Shown: piece by piece, positions 1 to 13,572 of the stretch | Layout: each line of letters begins with the position of its first letter | Numbering within the stretch: position 1 is the stretch's first letter | DNA from: the human T2T-CHM13v2.0 reference genome, Homo sapiens | Strand: one strand, 5' to 3' | NCBI RefSeq assembly: GCF_009914755.1 | Contig: NC_060938.1 | DNA length: 64,000 bases | Position numbers and translations under genes: made by a program | The notes under the pieces: generated by a model | Databases searched by the model: none | What the model saw: only the letters and a program-made list of their open reading frames with translations | Told to the model about the DNA's origin: nothing

Positions 1-109
1 CTGAGTCACACCATTCTTCTTTGATAGCTTGTAACTTAAATACTGAGATATAACTTAATCACTACTAACACATTTTATGAATAGGAGAATGAGTAAAGTA
101 TAATAATTT

Positions 110-330
110 TGTATGTGTAATGTTTGCTTATACATACATAGACATAAACACACATTCTATACATACCATAAATATACACTATACACATATATACATGCCA
201 CAGATATATAATATAAACACTCAATGTATGCAATATGTAAAATATACACACAGCGTATGCTATACTTACATAGATGTATGTGTGTGTGTGTTTATGTTTG
301 TAAGTATATACACATATCTCTATATATATG
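110..330. repeat. TA/CA-rich low-complexity simple repeat
   Basis: Degenerate (TA)n/(CA)n/(TG)n runs. Confidence 0.8.
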
Positions 331-541
331 CTTGGTACATGCTAGTTAGAGTAAAAAGGACTGTTACCTTATGAGTATTTCTTCCTTAAACTGAATACAC
401 ACATAAACAAATATTAATATATTATTACATTTTATACATTTACAACTACCACTGTCCTTTTTCTCTGTAACTAGTTCATATGGCTCAAGGTAGTATTTGC
501 CTCTTCCTTCTTACCTTATATATTCCATTTCCCTTTGCTCT

Positions 542-914
542 TGTCTTAGCTCAGACTGCCTCATGAAATACCAAAGACTAGGTGACTTCAACAATATGCT
601 TTTATATATTACAATTCTGGAGGCTAGGAAGTTCAAGATCAAGGTGCCCACAAGTTCAGTTCCCGGTGACAGCCCTCTTACTGGCTTACAGATGTCCACC
701 TTCTCCTTGTCCTCACCTAGCAGAGAGAAAAAAATTTTTAACTTCTTTCTCTTCCACTTCTTATAAAGCCACTAATTACATCACAAGTGTCCCACCCTCA
801 TGATCTCATCAAACTCTAATTACCTCTCCAAACCCCATCTTCAAATACTATCACTTTGGAGGTTAGGGATTCAATATATGAATTTTGTGGGGAGGCACAA
901 TTCAGTCCATGGCA
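542..914 (-). mobile_element. MaLR solo LTR, MLT1A-like
   Basis: TG...CA ends. The reverse complement begins tgccatggactgaattgtg. Internal ttctggaggctaggaagttcaagatcaaggtgcc is typical of MLT1. Confidence 0.8.
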
Positions 915-1059
915 GTCCTCATCAAGCATCTCAGCTAGTCAGGGTTTCTTGCCTAGTGTGGTGACCCAGAACATTATTCTGGAACAAATTTTTATTTCTG
1001 AATTGTCTGTGACATGGCTAGTGTTGCCTGTATTGGGTTGTTAACATTTTCCATTGGTT

Positions 1060-2430
1060 AATCACAGGATGTAAAAGTAGTAAGAGGTTCCCAAGAGTTC
1101 CCCCCATTTCCAGAATACCTTTTATATAATTATAGTAGCAATACAATATTCGGTCACTGGCATAAGGGGCACAAAGCGACCAATGGCAATTTCATTTTTT
1201 AATTTAATAAAAACATTGTTGTGCCCCTAAGTGGAAATATTCCTCCCTTCGGAACTAAGATTATTATACTAGCAGCACTATCAGATTTGCAGTAATGAGA
1301 AGCAAAATTTTCACTAGAGGGTCATTAGGGGTAATCATGAGAGGAGCTGTTCACCTTTGCACAACATGACTCCTGGACTTAATGCTAGTTGTGGTGCATT
1401 AACCTTATATTCGCTATGGGTTCACCATATATTGGTCCCTTTCTCAGAACATATATCTGGACCTCTCACATACTGTAAAGCATTGCCCCAGTCCCACAAT
1501 GTGTTATCACTCCGATAATACCATTACCGATTTTTCAAAATGCCGTTCTACTTTTCTCTTGTGTGAGCTGTTTCAGGATAATGGTAAATATAATACCAGT
1601 AAATTCCTAGTTTGTGAGCCCATTGTCATACATTCTTTTCTTTTATGTAAGATGTTAGTTTTAACAGAAACATTGTGGGAAGGGAAGTCAAATCTGCATC
1701 CATAATAAATATATATATCTGGAGAACAACATGCGGCCTTTTCTGTTTTAGATGTGGTCCAATGGTCCTATATATTCAACCTGTGACCAGGTAGCTGGCT
1801 CCTCCCTATCAGGGAATCATGCCATATTAGGGGTTCAGTATTAATCTCTGCAGTTGGCAGTTTACCCATTCAGTAATTTCTCTAGACAGATAAGCCTTGA
1901 TAAGTAGAAATTTATCCTGATAAGCTCAATCACAACTGGATTACAACCATTATGACAATGTTTTTACGAGCCCATTGATAAGAACAGAAGTAGCCACAGA
2001 AAGAAAATGATTAGCGATCCGCAGGAAAAGTCAGCTTATCCACCTGATTGTTAGGATCCTCTGCTGAGGTGGCTATGTGATGAGCATTCAGAGAGGGCAC
2101 AAATTTCTTCGTTCTCTGGATTCAATCAGAGAGGTCTAGCCACATCCGCCTTCTATAGAATCTCTTGATACCAATTTTCCAATTATATTATTTCAAATCT
2201 TTAACCATCCAGCCAAAATATTAGCCACTACACATGAGTTACAGAAAATTCACACCTCGGTTTATCTCTTTCAAGGCAAAGTTACAACCAGGTACACTTC
2301 TCAAAGTCCTGCCTGCTGAGCAGAGTTTCCTTCGTCATTGTCTTTCAATGTCACTTTTATGTGATGTTTTAATGCTACAGCTGCTGTTATTCATATTTGT
2401 GCAAAGAACATTTAGTGTACCTCTCTGAAC
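1060..2430 (-). mobile_element. Degenerate ERVL/MaLR internal region (integrase C-terminus and dUTPase relic)
   Basis: Minus-strand translation near 1258-1160 gives LVPKGGIFPLRGTTMFLLN*KMKLP/GRFVPLMP. Near 1510-1470 it gives DNTLWDWGNALQ. Both resemble recalled ERVL pol segments. Boundaries are approximate. Confidence 0.6.
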
Positions 2431-3401
2431 AGGATGTGTGTATTCAGTATTGGCTTTTGGGCAACATCCAATTTATTATTTACTTTTTCTACTTTCTTAA
2501 CTTTGTCAAATTATTTTTTCATATGATAACCATCTCCTAGTTTCTCCCTTTCCTTGGCATAAATCTCTTGGTAGGGAGAGAGTTGCTCAGATTCTCCAAA
2601 TTAGTCTCTTTCTTTTGAACTACTGAATCTCTGAGAACACTTAACAGGGTGAAGTTCAGTATTTACTTATTATTGTGAATCTGATAGCTGAAGTGATTTT
2701 TGTACAGCAGTCTATGCCCCAGATATGTGAGGGCATGATGTTTTGAATGAGTTTATAAATTGCCTATTTTAGTGCAGTGGTGTCCTGCTTTCCAGGGAAA
2801 GCAAGGAAGAACTAGAGAACATTTTTATTTGTGTGTCAGCATGGCCTATACTTGCTTCCAGATCTACATTGTGAGCTAAAGCTGTCAGTAAGATTCCAGT
2901 GAAGGTATGTGCCACTTTTTCCCTAGGAAAAAAAAATTATTTTGCATTCAGGGAACCTCAGTATTTTTAGATCTCATTTTGGTCTCAATCTGCATAATAA
3001 TTAGCTGAAAATCTTAAATATCTTTTGCAAAGTGTTCTGTTATCTTCTAAGTTTATTCTTATGTTTTATTTATATGTGTTGGTTTATTCATTTACTCACT
3101 TACTTACTTGCACTTTGGTCATTTCATTTGGTTTTTTAGAGCTAAACTCAAGGCTCAAATCACCATATTGAATGAGATCTGTATTTACTTTTTGAACCCA
3201 ACTACACTTAGGGCATTTAATCCTATTAACATTCACCTCTGCTCACAGTCCAGCAAAATCTGCTGTATGCTAATTACATAACATGTTTTAATTATATTTT
3301 TATTTCACCTTAACATTCGATAAAGTACACTCTCTATATCTTCATCTAATTACTTGATAATCATGTTAAATATTATAAAGGGACTAATATTTGTGGGTGG
3401 A

Positions 3402-3724
3402 TTTTTTTTGTTGTTTGTTTGTTTTGTTTTGTTGTGTTTGTGAGACAGGTTCTCACTCTGTTGCCCAGGCTGGAGTGCAGTGGCACAATCAAGGCTTACT
3501 GCAGCCTTAACTTCCCTGGGCTCAAGTGATCCTCCCACCTCAGCCACCTGAGTAGCTGGTACTACAGGCATGCACCACCATACCTGGCTAATTTTCGTAT
3601 TTTTTGTGGAGATGAGGTTTCGCTCTGTTGCCCAGGCTGCTCTTGCACTTCTGCGCTCAAGCAATCCACCTACCTTAGCCTCCCAAAGTGCTAGGATTAC
3701 AGTCATGAGCCACCACACCCAGCC
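3402..3724 (-). mobile_element. AluJ with (TTTG)n-type tail
   Basis: gggctcaagtgatcctcccacctcagcc (J diagnostic). Approximate TSD gggactaatatttg 3380-93 / gggactgacatttg 3726-39. Confidence 0.92.
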
Positions 3725-4291
3725 TGGGACTGACATTTGAATGTTAGTCTCCAGTGAATTTCAGAACAAATTAAAAAAAAAAAAAACATGAAATAGAAGA
3801 GAATCTTAGAAGCCCAAAGAATGAAAGCAAAGTTTTTTCATCATTATATATTCTTATTTCTTGAATATAATGACTTTAAAAGCAAAAACAAAGTGAGGTG
3901 TAAATTTAAACAGAAAATTATTTAGCAGTTTCCATTTTCAAATGTCCTGCTTAGAAAAAAAAGATAATTGAGTCCAGGATTATTAAACATACAGGACATC
4001 ATTTTTGCAAACCAGATGGGATGGTCATGATAAATAAATGCTTACTGCTGTATTTCACTGCTTGTCTGTGCTTCTTTGGCTATAGGCTAAAAACATGGAA
4101 TGCTCTCTCTTGCCTAAGGACACAAAATTGTGCAGTAAACAAGGGTTCAAATAAACCTTTGGTCTGAACAATTTGAGCAGATGCTTATGTTTGGATTTCC
4201 AAACACCTGCCAATTACTTTGAAGTCAAATAGACCTCATAACTTCCAGTAGGGTTAAATGTAGTCAAGGTAGCATTAAAAATTAATGAGTA

Positions 4292-4516
4292 AGCCTGGAT
4301 AATATGGTGAAACTCTGTATCTACAAAAAGTACAAAACTTAGTTGGGCATGGTGGCATGCACCCACAGTACCAGCTACCTGGGATGCTGAGGTGGGAGGG
4401 TCGCTTGAGCCTGGGAGGTCGAGGCTGCAGTAAACCACGGTCACGCTACTGCACTCCAGCCTGGCATGACAGAGTGGGACCACGTCTCAAGCAAAACAAA
4501 ACAAAACAAAACAAAC
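4292..4516 (+). mobile_element. 5'-truncated AluJ with (CAAAA)n tail
   Basis: gcttgagcctgggaggtcgaggctgcagt. TSD taatgagt at 4283-90 and 4517-24. Confidence 0.88.
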
Positions 4517-5956
4517 TAATGAGTTAATAAATGAGGTAGAGAGAAACAGATTTTGGAAATGCAGATAAAAATCTTTGGAGTTTATTTTAAAGTAATCATT
4601 CTAGATGAAAGTAGTGGTTCATAAACAAAGAGCATGCAAACCAAAAATGATTTTAATCAGGATAAAAAGTTTTTCTTTTCTTTTTCTTTTTTTTTAAAAA
4701 AAAAAAACCTTTGAAAATGTGGCTTTCAATTATCCTCAGAATTCACTATAATACAAATACTATAATAATCCCATCTCTTAAAGAGAGAAATCTCAAAATG
4801 AGCTCAGAAATTATATGATCTTCCACCTTTAAAAGAATCACAAAGATATAAAAATCCTTTACAAATAAATGCTGCTTACTTGGACTTGGGGGAAAGAGGA
4901 ATAGTGTATGTTTCTATGAACTCAGACTTTAGTTTCAGCTTTTGCATCCTATTTAAAGTGTAAATTGTCACGCTTCCACTATTCTGAGAACATGAATATC
5001 TCTGGAAAAATGGGCAAGTATTCTTTGACAAAGTTTTCAAATATGTGCTGCTAAAAAGGAGACACTTTTTACTTTAACAATCTTAGCAAATAAAGATTAT
5101 ATATTTACCAACAAAACAAACTCATTTAAAATGCATGAATTGCACATACTTGATATACATGTATATACATATAAGTAGACATGTGTATGTTTGGGCATAT
5201 GCATGTATAATATATGCATGTGTACTTATGTGTCTGTTAATATGCACGTATATATTTGTTATAATACATGCATGTTTGTATTTGTTATAGGACGCTATAA
5301 GTAACTTTTTGTTGCTTTTGATTTGGGGAGTGGGGCCCAAAGCTGAGGACAAAAAGAAGCTAAATATATTCATGTTCTGTAGTGATCCAGCAACAACTGG
5401 ATCAAATATTACCCAATTTTTGCTAATTGACACGATCTTTGGCCTTGTGGAATTTGTAGTGCTTATTCTGCGAGGCAGTTCCTTTTCTTCAGTATGAGTG
5501 TATGACTGCACCTAAACAGGTTCATTCAGAGAGATAGGGATGCCTCCAAGAGTGGCATTTTATTCCTTCTCATTGGTAGCCTCCTTGTTGGGTATCTTAA
5601 TAGAAATTTTCCTGTTCAGCCTGTGCTTTCCTAAGGAGTGAGGAAGATAGTAGCAGCAGGACACAGAGAGGGAATGACAGAGGAGCAGTGTGTAGTCCCC
5701 TGTTTGACAGGGCTGGGACAGGTGAAATTTCTTTGAGCCTAGTGGTTACTTGGGAAGTTAACTAAGCTTGGGTGGTTTTGCCAGTTTCTTCCTCCCCACA
5801 CAGGAAGATTGCTCCAAAGGAAAGAAGGTCAAGCCAGAACCTCTAGAGAATTGGAAGGTGAAAAATGTTGAGTCCAGTTTGTTTCCCAAATCAGCGGACT
5901 GAGAAGTTGGAGGCACTAAAGGGAATTTGAAGAATTATCTCTCTCACACACTCCAC

Positions 5957-5980
5957 AAAAAAAAAAAAAAAAAAAAAAAA
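5957..5980 (+). repeat. Poly(A)24 tract
   Basis: Uninterrupted A run with no recognisable Alu/L1 body upstream. Confidence 0.9.
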
Positions 5981-8900
5981 GCTAGCGTTTGAATAAATCT
6001 CAGTTAAATCAAGAGCATCAACAGTCAGGTTAGTGTTAGAGGAACAACCACACCTGCAATTAAAGACAAATCGGCATTTGTTTTCCCTGCCCACTGCTCT
6101 GCCCCTGTGGTGAAATGCTAGACTTAGTACAGGGCAGTGGAGAAAGACATAGAAGGACAGAATCTACTTCCATTGGCTTCTTAGTCTCCTTACTCTGTCC
6201 TGAGATGGTGCATGGAGAGACCTCTGAATCAGAAATGAATTTGTAGTATTAAAGTGTAAGAACTAAATTTTATTAACTAAAAGCAACCTCTCAGCTGTAC
6301 AATCTGGCCAAAATAACAACCCACTTTAGAGACAAATATAAATTTACATAAAGTAGTAAATAGGGAATGATATTTGCTGTATAAAGATGGAGAAGGTAGG
6401 CCAGCAAGGGGAAAAGGGATCATTTTTTTTTTCAGTTGTTCTTCTAGAGACACTTTAAAAAATGTATTTCCTGCATGTGCAAGCTCTCTGTCATGTGGAA
6501 GAATTATTCTGTTTAAAGAGCTGCTGCTTTAAAATAGCTAAAATAATTTATCTGGGAGTTTGTAAAATGATATTCAGCTTCGAAGCTTGTAATGCAAACC
6601 AAGGCAAGCTAACCGCTGACAATTCTAATTTAATTCTCTTTTATGGACCAATTTTTCACAAATATACTCATTGTAAATGTAGGAATTGTGTGTGCTTTTG
6701 CTTATGAACATATACAACATTAACATATCCACATGAGACTATATTTAGTATCTGGAAAAATTGTGCATCATCTAAAAAGGATGTAGACCTGATTTGTGTG
6801 GTTTTTACATCGTTAAAGCACAGTGAATGTTGTAAAAAGGAAATGTGTGCTTATCGTTAGTGTAATATCAATGTAATACTATTTTTTAACATCTACAAAA
6901 ACACGGATATGCACTATGTTATTCTATTTTGTATTATTTATTACTAAGACTACATCCATATTGGTTCTGACATATTATTTTTCTCCTTTGATGATCCTTC
7001 ACATAATATATAAACTATTATGAGATTTTAATGCTAAACATTTCATTTTGGGAAGTCTATGATTATGGCATAGGCAATACTTGGTATCACATACCCAAGG
7101 GAGATGCTAATGAAGTAGGACTCCGTGGACTTGGATAAGAGCTGCAATCCTGGAAGAGAGGTTCTATGCTTTTCTTTCCTCCAGCACCCTTCTGCAGTAT
7201 CTGCCCGCACCATACAACCTAGTTATGAAGTTGTTTCTAATTTCTGCATTTAGAGCTATGAACAGATGAACCTTAAGCAGACATAAGAAGAGTAGGAACA
7301 ATATGTTTATCATCTTCCTGGCAGATATGTCTTATGTCTCTCCCTGTTCTCCTTGAGGTTTTGAAAGAAACTCAGATGGGGGTGCAGGGAGTAAAGAAAT
7401 AAAGGCAAAAATAATTAAATGAAACAATTATTTCCAGAAATACTATAGCAATATTTTGCAAAAGTCATTAAATAATGAGTGTCTTAGATATGAATGAATA
7501 TTTAACATGTTTCCAAAAAAATTAAACTTAGCCTGTCTTAGACTGATGTGGGAATGTTGACTAGAAAATAGATAGCGCTAAAATTATTGGTGGCCATGAA
7601 TGTGTGGTTATTTTCTTGGCTCATTGCCTCTACACATATGACCAAAATCATTATTTATTTTAAGGAGAGTTAAAGGAAAGCAATTTTAAAATATTGCAGC
7701 CTCTATTTTTTTCTCCCTTATGGAGACAGGGATTGGCTATTGGAGAATGTCTTTTTGTTGTTGCTTATGTTATATGCTTTTCTATTGCTTCAGGTTACAA
7801 TATTAAATTGTGTCTGTCTCCTCTCAAGGTCTTTGGTAGCCTGAGATAGTGTATTCTACCTACTACTGAACAGAGTTTTAATTTCATAAATTACTTGGAA
7901 TGTCATATATTTTTATAATTTCTACGATTTAGACAGTTCTATTAATTACAGCTATCTCCTCTTTGCATGTATAAACAAAATAATTCTCAGAGTAGAAATC
8001 GAAGTGAACAAATTTACTGAATACTTCAGCAGATGTGGTGTCCTAGTCAAGTTGCTTTTGAATAACCATAAGAGTAGATTTTTTTTAAAAAAAGAAGGAA
8101 CTTCTTAATGAAAGATGAAATGGTTTCAAACATTGTTGGTATTCAGAAATGTATATTTGATCCTTAAGATAGTATAATAACAATAACAATAATTTCAATA
8201 ATGATGACTGCATGATCAGTCTGTACAATATCTCTGTTTTTACATTCACCTAATTATACTTATTGCCAGTCCTTGCAACCTGGTAGCAGCTATCTTATTT
8301 TTTGCCTGATGCTTTCCATACAAGCAAGCCTAGGTATTTTATCAAATAATATGCATTCTGGGAGGAAGGACTACATGCTCAAGCTAAATGTGAGCCATTG
8401 ATTTTCTTTATAAGAATAATAGCTGTAAAATTTGTGAGAAAGACAGCTCAACTCACCAAAGCTATTTCTGTGGAGGGACCTTGAAAATGATCAGCTTTCT
8501 CTTCCTGATCTAAATACCTGTGAAGCTATTGCTATACCCTTGCTGAGGTCTTTCGATTGAACTTCCCTGGCTTTAGCTAATTCAATTTCTAACCAGCGGG
8601 TATTGCTAAAGCATGCTGTGTGCACATATTCATAGCTTTGATAATACAGAGGGGAACAGCCAAAGAATCACCAAATCAAGACAGGCATGCTGTTTGTACT
8701 ATAAATAGTCACATTATCCTGGCATTCTGTTTCTTCTTAATTCTTCCTCTCTTTTGTTCATCCATATAACCCCAATCTGTAAATTTAATTTAATGATTAT
8801 TTGGAAGGATAATTTGGATGTGTGCAATAACTGTGGAAGGCAACTTGGAAATTTTCGTTAATTAAAGAAGATCATTCTTGTTAGACAGAATTATCCAGTC

Positions 8901-10199
8901 ACTTAATAAATAATCCACAATGTCCTAAAAGATGTAGAAAAATTAGTCTGGTACGCTGATTATATGACCTTCAAAAGTTGCAAAATATTTCTTTATGAGT
9001 TTTTTTCTCACCAATGTAAAACTATCAGTGTTAAAAAGGAATTCAAGCAGCAAATACGTAGACTAATAACTTCACATCTCTAAAACTCTTTGTTCTCTTA
9101 TAAAATAAATTAATATAAATACTATTAGTGAAATGTATTTTGTGGTTATTTTCAAAGCAGCAATTCCTGAAGGCTATTTAGGCAACAGTGCCATGGAATG
9201 ACTTCTGTTATTATTTAATCACATCTGTTAAATATTTTAGTATCATAATATGCACAAAACATCAAAATTACAGAAGTAGAATGTAAAATGTTTTATTGAT
9301 GCTTAAGTGCAATTTAAAGTAGCCATTGACAATGATAAGAACTCTGGTGTACCTCTCCTAGGCATAAATATTTTCTGTGTACATCAATAGTTAATATTCT
9401 TTTTCCCCTCATCCCTTAAGTAGGGAAAATTGTAACCTTGCCATTATATTATTTTATAGGCCAGCTGAGAGAGCCAAAAGAGCCATATTCTTCAGAGGAC
9501 TGGAAGGCAACTAAAATAATTCTAAACATTGTTCTTTAATTTTTATCCAGTTAGCTCCTGTTGATATTAAATGATTTAATAATGTGGTATCTATTTGTTG
9601 TATAAACCTGAGATAGAATTATTTTTGGATTCAACTATGGATTTGGATTCAAATATGAATCTACACAGGGGTTGTAATATTTTATTTTTTGGTTATACAA
9701 ATGCACAGAATCAATGTATGTATTACGTATTTTAGTAGTCAGTATTTGAATTTGTTTAAAAATGTTACTATTCAAGAGATCTGTGTGTAATCCAAACCCA
9801 CAATCAACAATAGTATGGTATGTGTCTGTAGCAATATGGAAAAAAAAAACCACTTTTCTTCTACAATAGCAATCATTTAACTGTATAAATTATACATAAA
9901 TATGTAACTAAATCAATAAATAGGCTAAAAATAAACCAGTGATTCTAGTATCACATTTTAATAATTTTTACAGGCAATTATAGAAATTATATAAGGACAT
10001 TATCTGTTACTATCCTAATTAGAAAACCTGAACATGAAAAAGAAATTTCTAGAATTATACTTCATGTAAGAGAAAAGTAAAATGGCTTCACTGGATGGAA
10101 ATAGCTAGTTCGAAATTTAGGGCTGTAGAGATAAATTGCCTTGTTTTCCCCTTTGAATTATTTTATAAATCTCATTGGTTTAAGTATGTTTGTATGTGT

Positions 10200-10515
10200 A
10201 TGTGTTACATAAATGCTCACAGATGACATTAGATGGTTATACCATTTTGTGTCTGGTTTCTTCTACTCAATGAAATATTTTAGTTCATGATTTGTACATG
10301 TCAGTAATTTATTATTTTTATATTTATGTACTGTTCCATTGCATGAGTGTATCAGAATTTCTTGACGAATCCTCTTCTTGATGGTCTCACATGTTTTTTT
10401 TCCAGTTTTGGGCTATTATGAATAAAGTCCTTTGAACATTCTTATGTTTTTGTAGATTTGTACACTCATTTTTTATGAGTATACTAAGTGTAGACTTTCT
10501 GTTCACAGGGTAGAT
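10200..10515 (-). mobile_element. Old L1M 3' fragment
   Basis: ttccagttttgggctattatgaataaag...gaacattctt motif of the antisense L1M 3' end. Confidence 0.6.
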
Positions 10516-11408
10516 GGGCATGCTGGAATAATCTCATATCAGCCCATCAGATCTTATTAAATGTTTAGTTGTTTTGTGGGTTAGTTTTTATGCATGGACA
10601 TTATAAAAAATAAATTATATAAATTTACACTTAAATAAATTATATTAAAACTAAAGTTAAAAAATTCTCAAAACTCACTATGCCCTAATTACTCTATTAT
10701 AATTTTCTATTATATATGCTATTGAGGTAATTTATGTCTTTTATATGTGGATGGTGGAAATGCTGTGTAAATATGTGCTATAGTACATATTCCCCCCAGC
10801 TTTCCATTCAGTGATGTCACAATGAATATGGTGGGACTAATTATACCACACAATTTGATATATGCTATAAATAATAGCTGGGTTTGTTGTTTTTGGCTTT
10901 TCCAGGCTTAAGAAAATGATGGAGATGATATTACTTATGCAGGTTAAACCTAAACATCTGTTGCATTTGTAGATATTGCATTGAGATTATCACAAAAATT
11001 AACTAATATTCTTTCAGTATTCAAAAACTATTATCTAAGTCAGCAAACAAATTGGATACATCGTTAAATAGACAGTGACAAGCATCATTGTAGGTTAACT
11101 TTTGTCTTGCTGATTAATGTAAACCCAAATATCAACAAATAGTTATGTCAAAACTACACTTGATTAACTGCAACCATAGGTTGGCTGCAGGTATTTAAAA
11201 AATGTTCTGTTAAAACATGTTAGTTGTATATAATTTACAACAAATAGAATTTTGTAGTCTATTAGTATTTGTACATTAAGGGTTACACTTCCATTATATC
11301 ATTAAAATTTATAATAGTTGTATATGGGCTTATATGGATTATAAGCATTAAATACACTGATACATTTATTTTCAGAGTGCTGTTTGTTAAATATTTCCCA
11401 CACAACAC
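10516..11408 (+). mobile_element. MER63-family (hAT-Blackjack) DNA transposon, long form, nested in L1M
   Basis: attataaaaaataaattatataaatttacacttaaataaattatattaaaa...ctcaaaactcac...ttcagtgatgtcac matches recalled MER63. Degenerate 3' TIR tgttaaatatttcccacacaacac. Confidence 0.7.
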
Positions 11409-11848
11409 AAAACTTTAAAAAATAGTTAATTTTAAACAAATTACTGAAGGCTTTTCTTCAGTGGATGTATAACATTTTTTTACCATGAGAAGTGTATGAA
11501 TGTTTTAATTAATCTACATCTTATCTAACATTTAATATTGTCAGTGCTGTAAAATTTTAGTCATTTTGGTGTTTTTGGCATTTTGATGTGGTTTTAAGTA
11601 CATTCCCTGTGATTTCAACATTACCTAATGGAAATTATGCTGAACGCCTATTTGCATTTTATTGGCAATACTTCTCGAATGAAGTATTTGATCAAGATCT
11701 TTGCCATTCAAACATATTTTATATTTAGTTAATTTATATCAATGTTTTATATGTTATTCATATCATTTCTTTTTGAGATATAGGTGTATGTAAATTTTCT
11801 CCCACTCTATAGTTTGTTAAAAATTTTCGTTTTTCTTTTTGTCTTTTC

Positions 11849-12140
11849 TTTTTTTTTTTTTTTTTAATACTGAGTCTCACTCTGTCTCCCAGGATGGAGT
11901 GTAGTGATATAATGACAGCTCACTGCAACCTTGAATTACTGGGCTCAAGTGATCCTCCCATCTCACACTCCCAAGTAGCTAGCTAGCTGGTACTGTATGC
12001 ATACCATCATGCCCAGCTATATTCTAAATTTGTTTTGTAGAGATGAGGTCTCACTATGTTTCCCATGGTGGTCGTGAACTCCTGGCCTCAAGTGATCCTC
12101 TGGCCTTAGGCTCTCGAAGTGCTGGGATTTCATACGTGAG
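11849..12140 (-). mobile_element. Diverged AluJ
   Basis: Poly-T, then gagtctcactctgtctcccagg...gggctcaagtgatcctccc. Confidence 0.88.
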
Positions 12141-12917
12141 AAAAACATTCTTAATGATATCCTTCATAAGCAGAACTTTAACTGTGATAAAATTATATTT
12201 ATCAATTATTTATTTAATGGTTACTGACTTTTTGTGTCCTGTTCATATCTTTGCCTACCCCTCTGTTATAAAAATCGTCTTCTGTGTTTTATTCTAAAAA
12301 CTTTGTAGAAGCTTCTCATTTTAGTGAATGATCCAATTCAAATCAGTCTTTGTGTATGCTGAGAGTAGCATTCGAGATTCCTTTTTTTACCATAGGGATA
12401 TACTGTTGCTCCAGCACCATTTACCAAAAAGGCCTTCTTTTTACTAATAAATTGTACTAATACTTTCTTGCCTACGTATACATATATGTCAACACAAAAT
12501 GCACCTACATCTGAATATATGGTCCATGTAAGTAATCACTTCATGAGCATGGATTTTACAAACCTGAAAGAAATGGAATTAATCACAAAGGAAAGATAAA
12601 GAAGATAAACACACATGTTCATAAACAAGTAACAATATAGAAAATAAGATATGGAAAGATATTTGCAACAACTGGCACTTAAAAATAAAATTTTAATGGT
12701 CACTGTTATAGAAATAGCTTATGCAAAATAATAAAAATACATGAAGGGGCCAATAGCTAAAAGAACAATGGAGGTGAATAGATACTTCATAACAGAGGAA
12801 AAAACAGATAACAAACTCATGAACAATTTTTGGTTATGCTAATTATTAGAGAAATGGAAAAGATAACAATGTCACAGTTCAACTGAAATGAATGAATATT
12901 TTAAAAATGTAAAATTC

Positions 12918-13234
<317 letters not shown>

Positions 13235-13386
13235 TTACACTGATTTTGGAGTTGCGGTAAGATGGGAATTTCTACAACCTCCTGGTGAGTTTAAAAAGCA
13301 TTCCAACATTTTAAAGGACAGTTTAGTTATATAAATATCACATCTTTTACCACTTTACACTGACACTGATTTCTAATACACATAAC

Positions 13387-13572
13387 CATGGTATGCTATT
13401 AATTTGACTCTCTGGAAAAAGTAAAGCCTTGATTTGTAGCATTTGCCAATGTTTATGATATAAGTACTCCCAACATGGTCAGTTTCAAGCTATTAACAGT
13501 TTAACAATTCATTCACAGAATTTCACAGTTATCTCTTTGCAAGAAAATTCAAGCCAGAACAAGAATTCCACT
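13387..13572 (-). mobile_element. MER63A-like short DNA transposon
   Basis: ccttgatttgtagcatttgccaat...tactcccaacatggtcagtttcaagcta. Confidence 0.6.
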
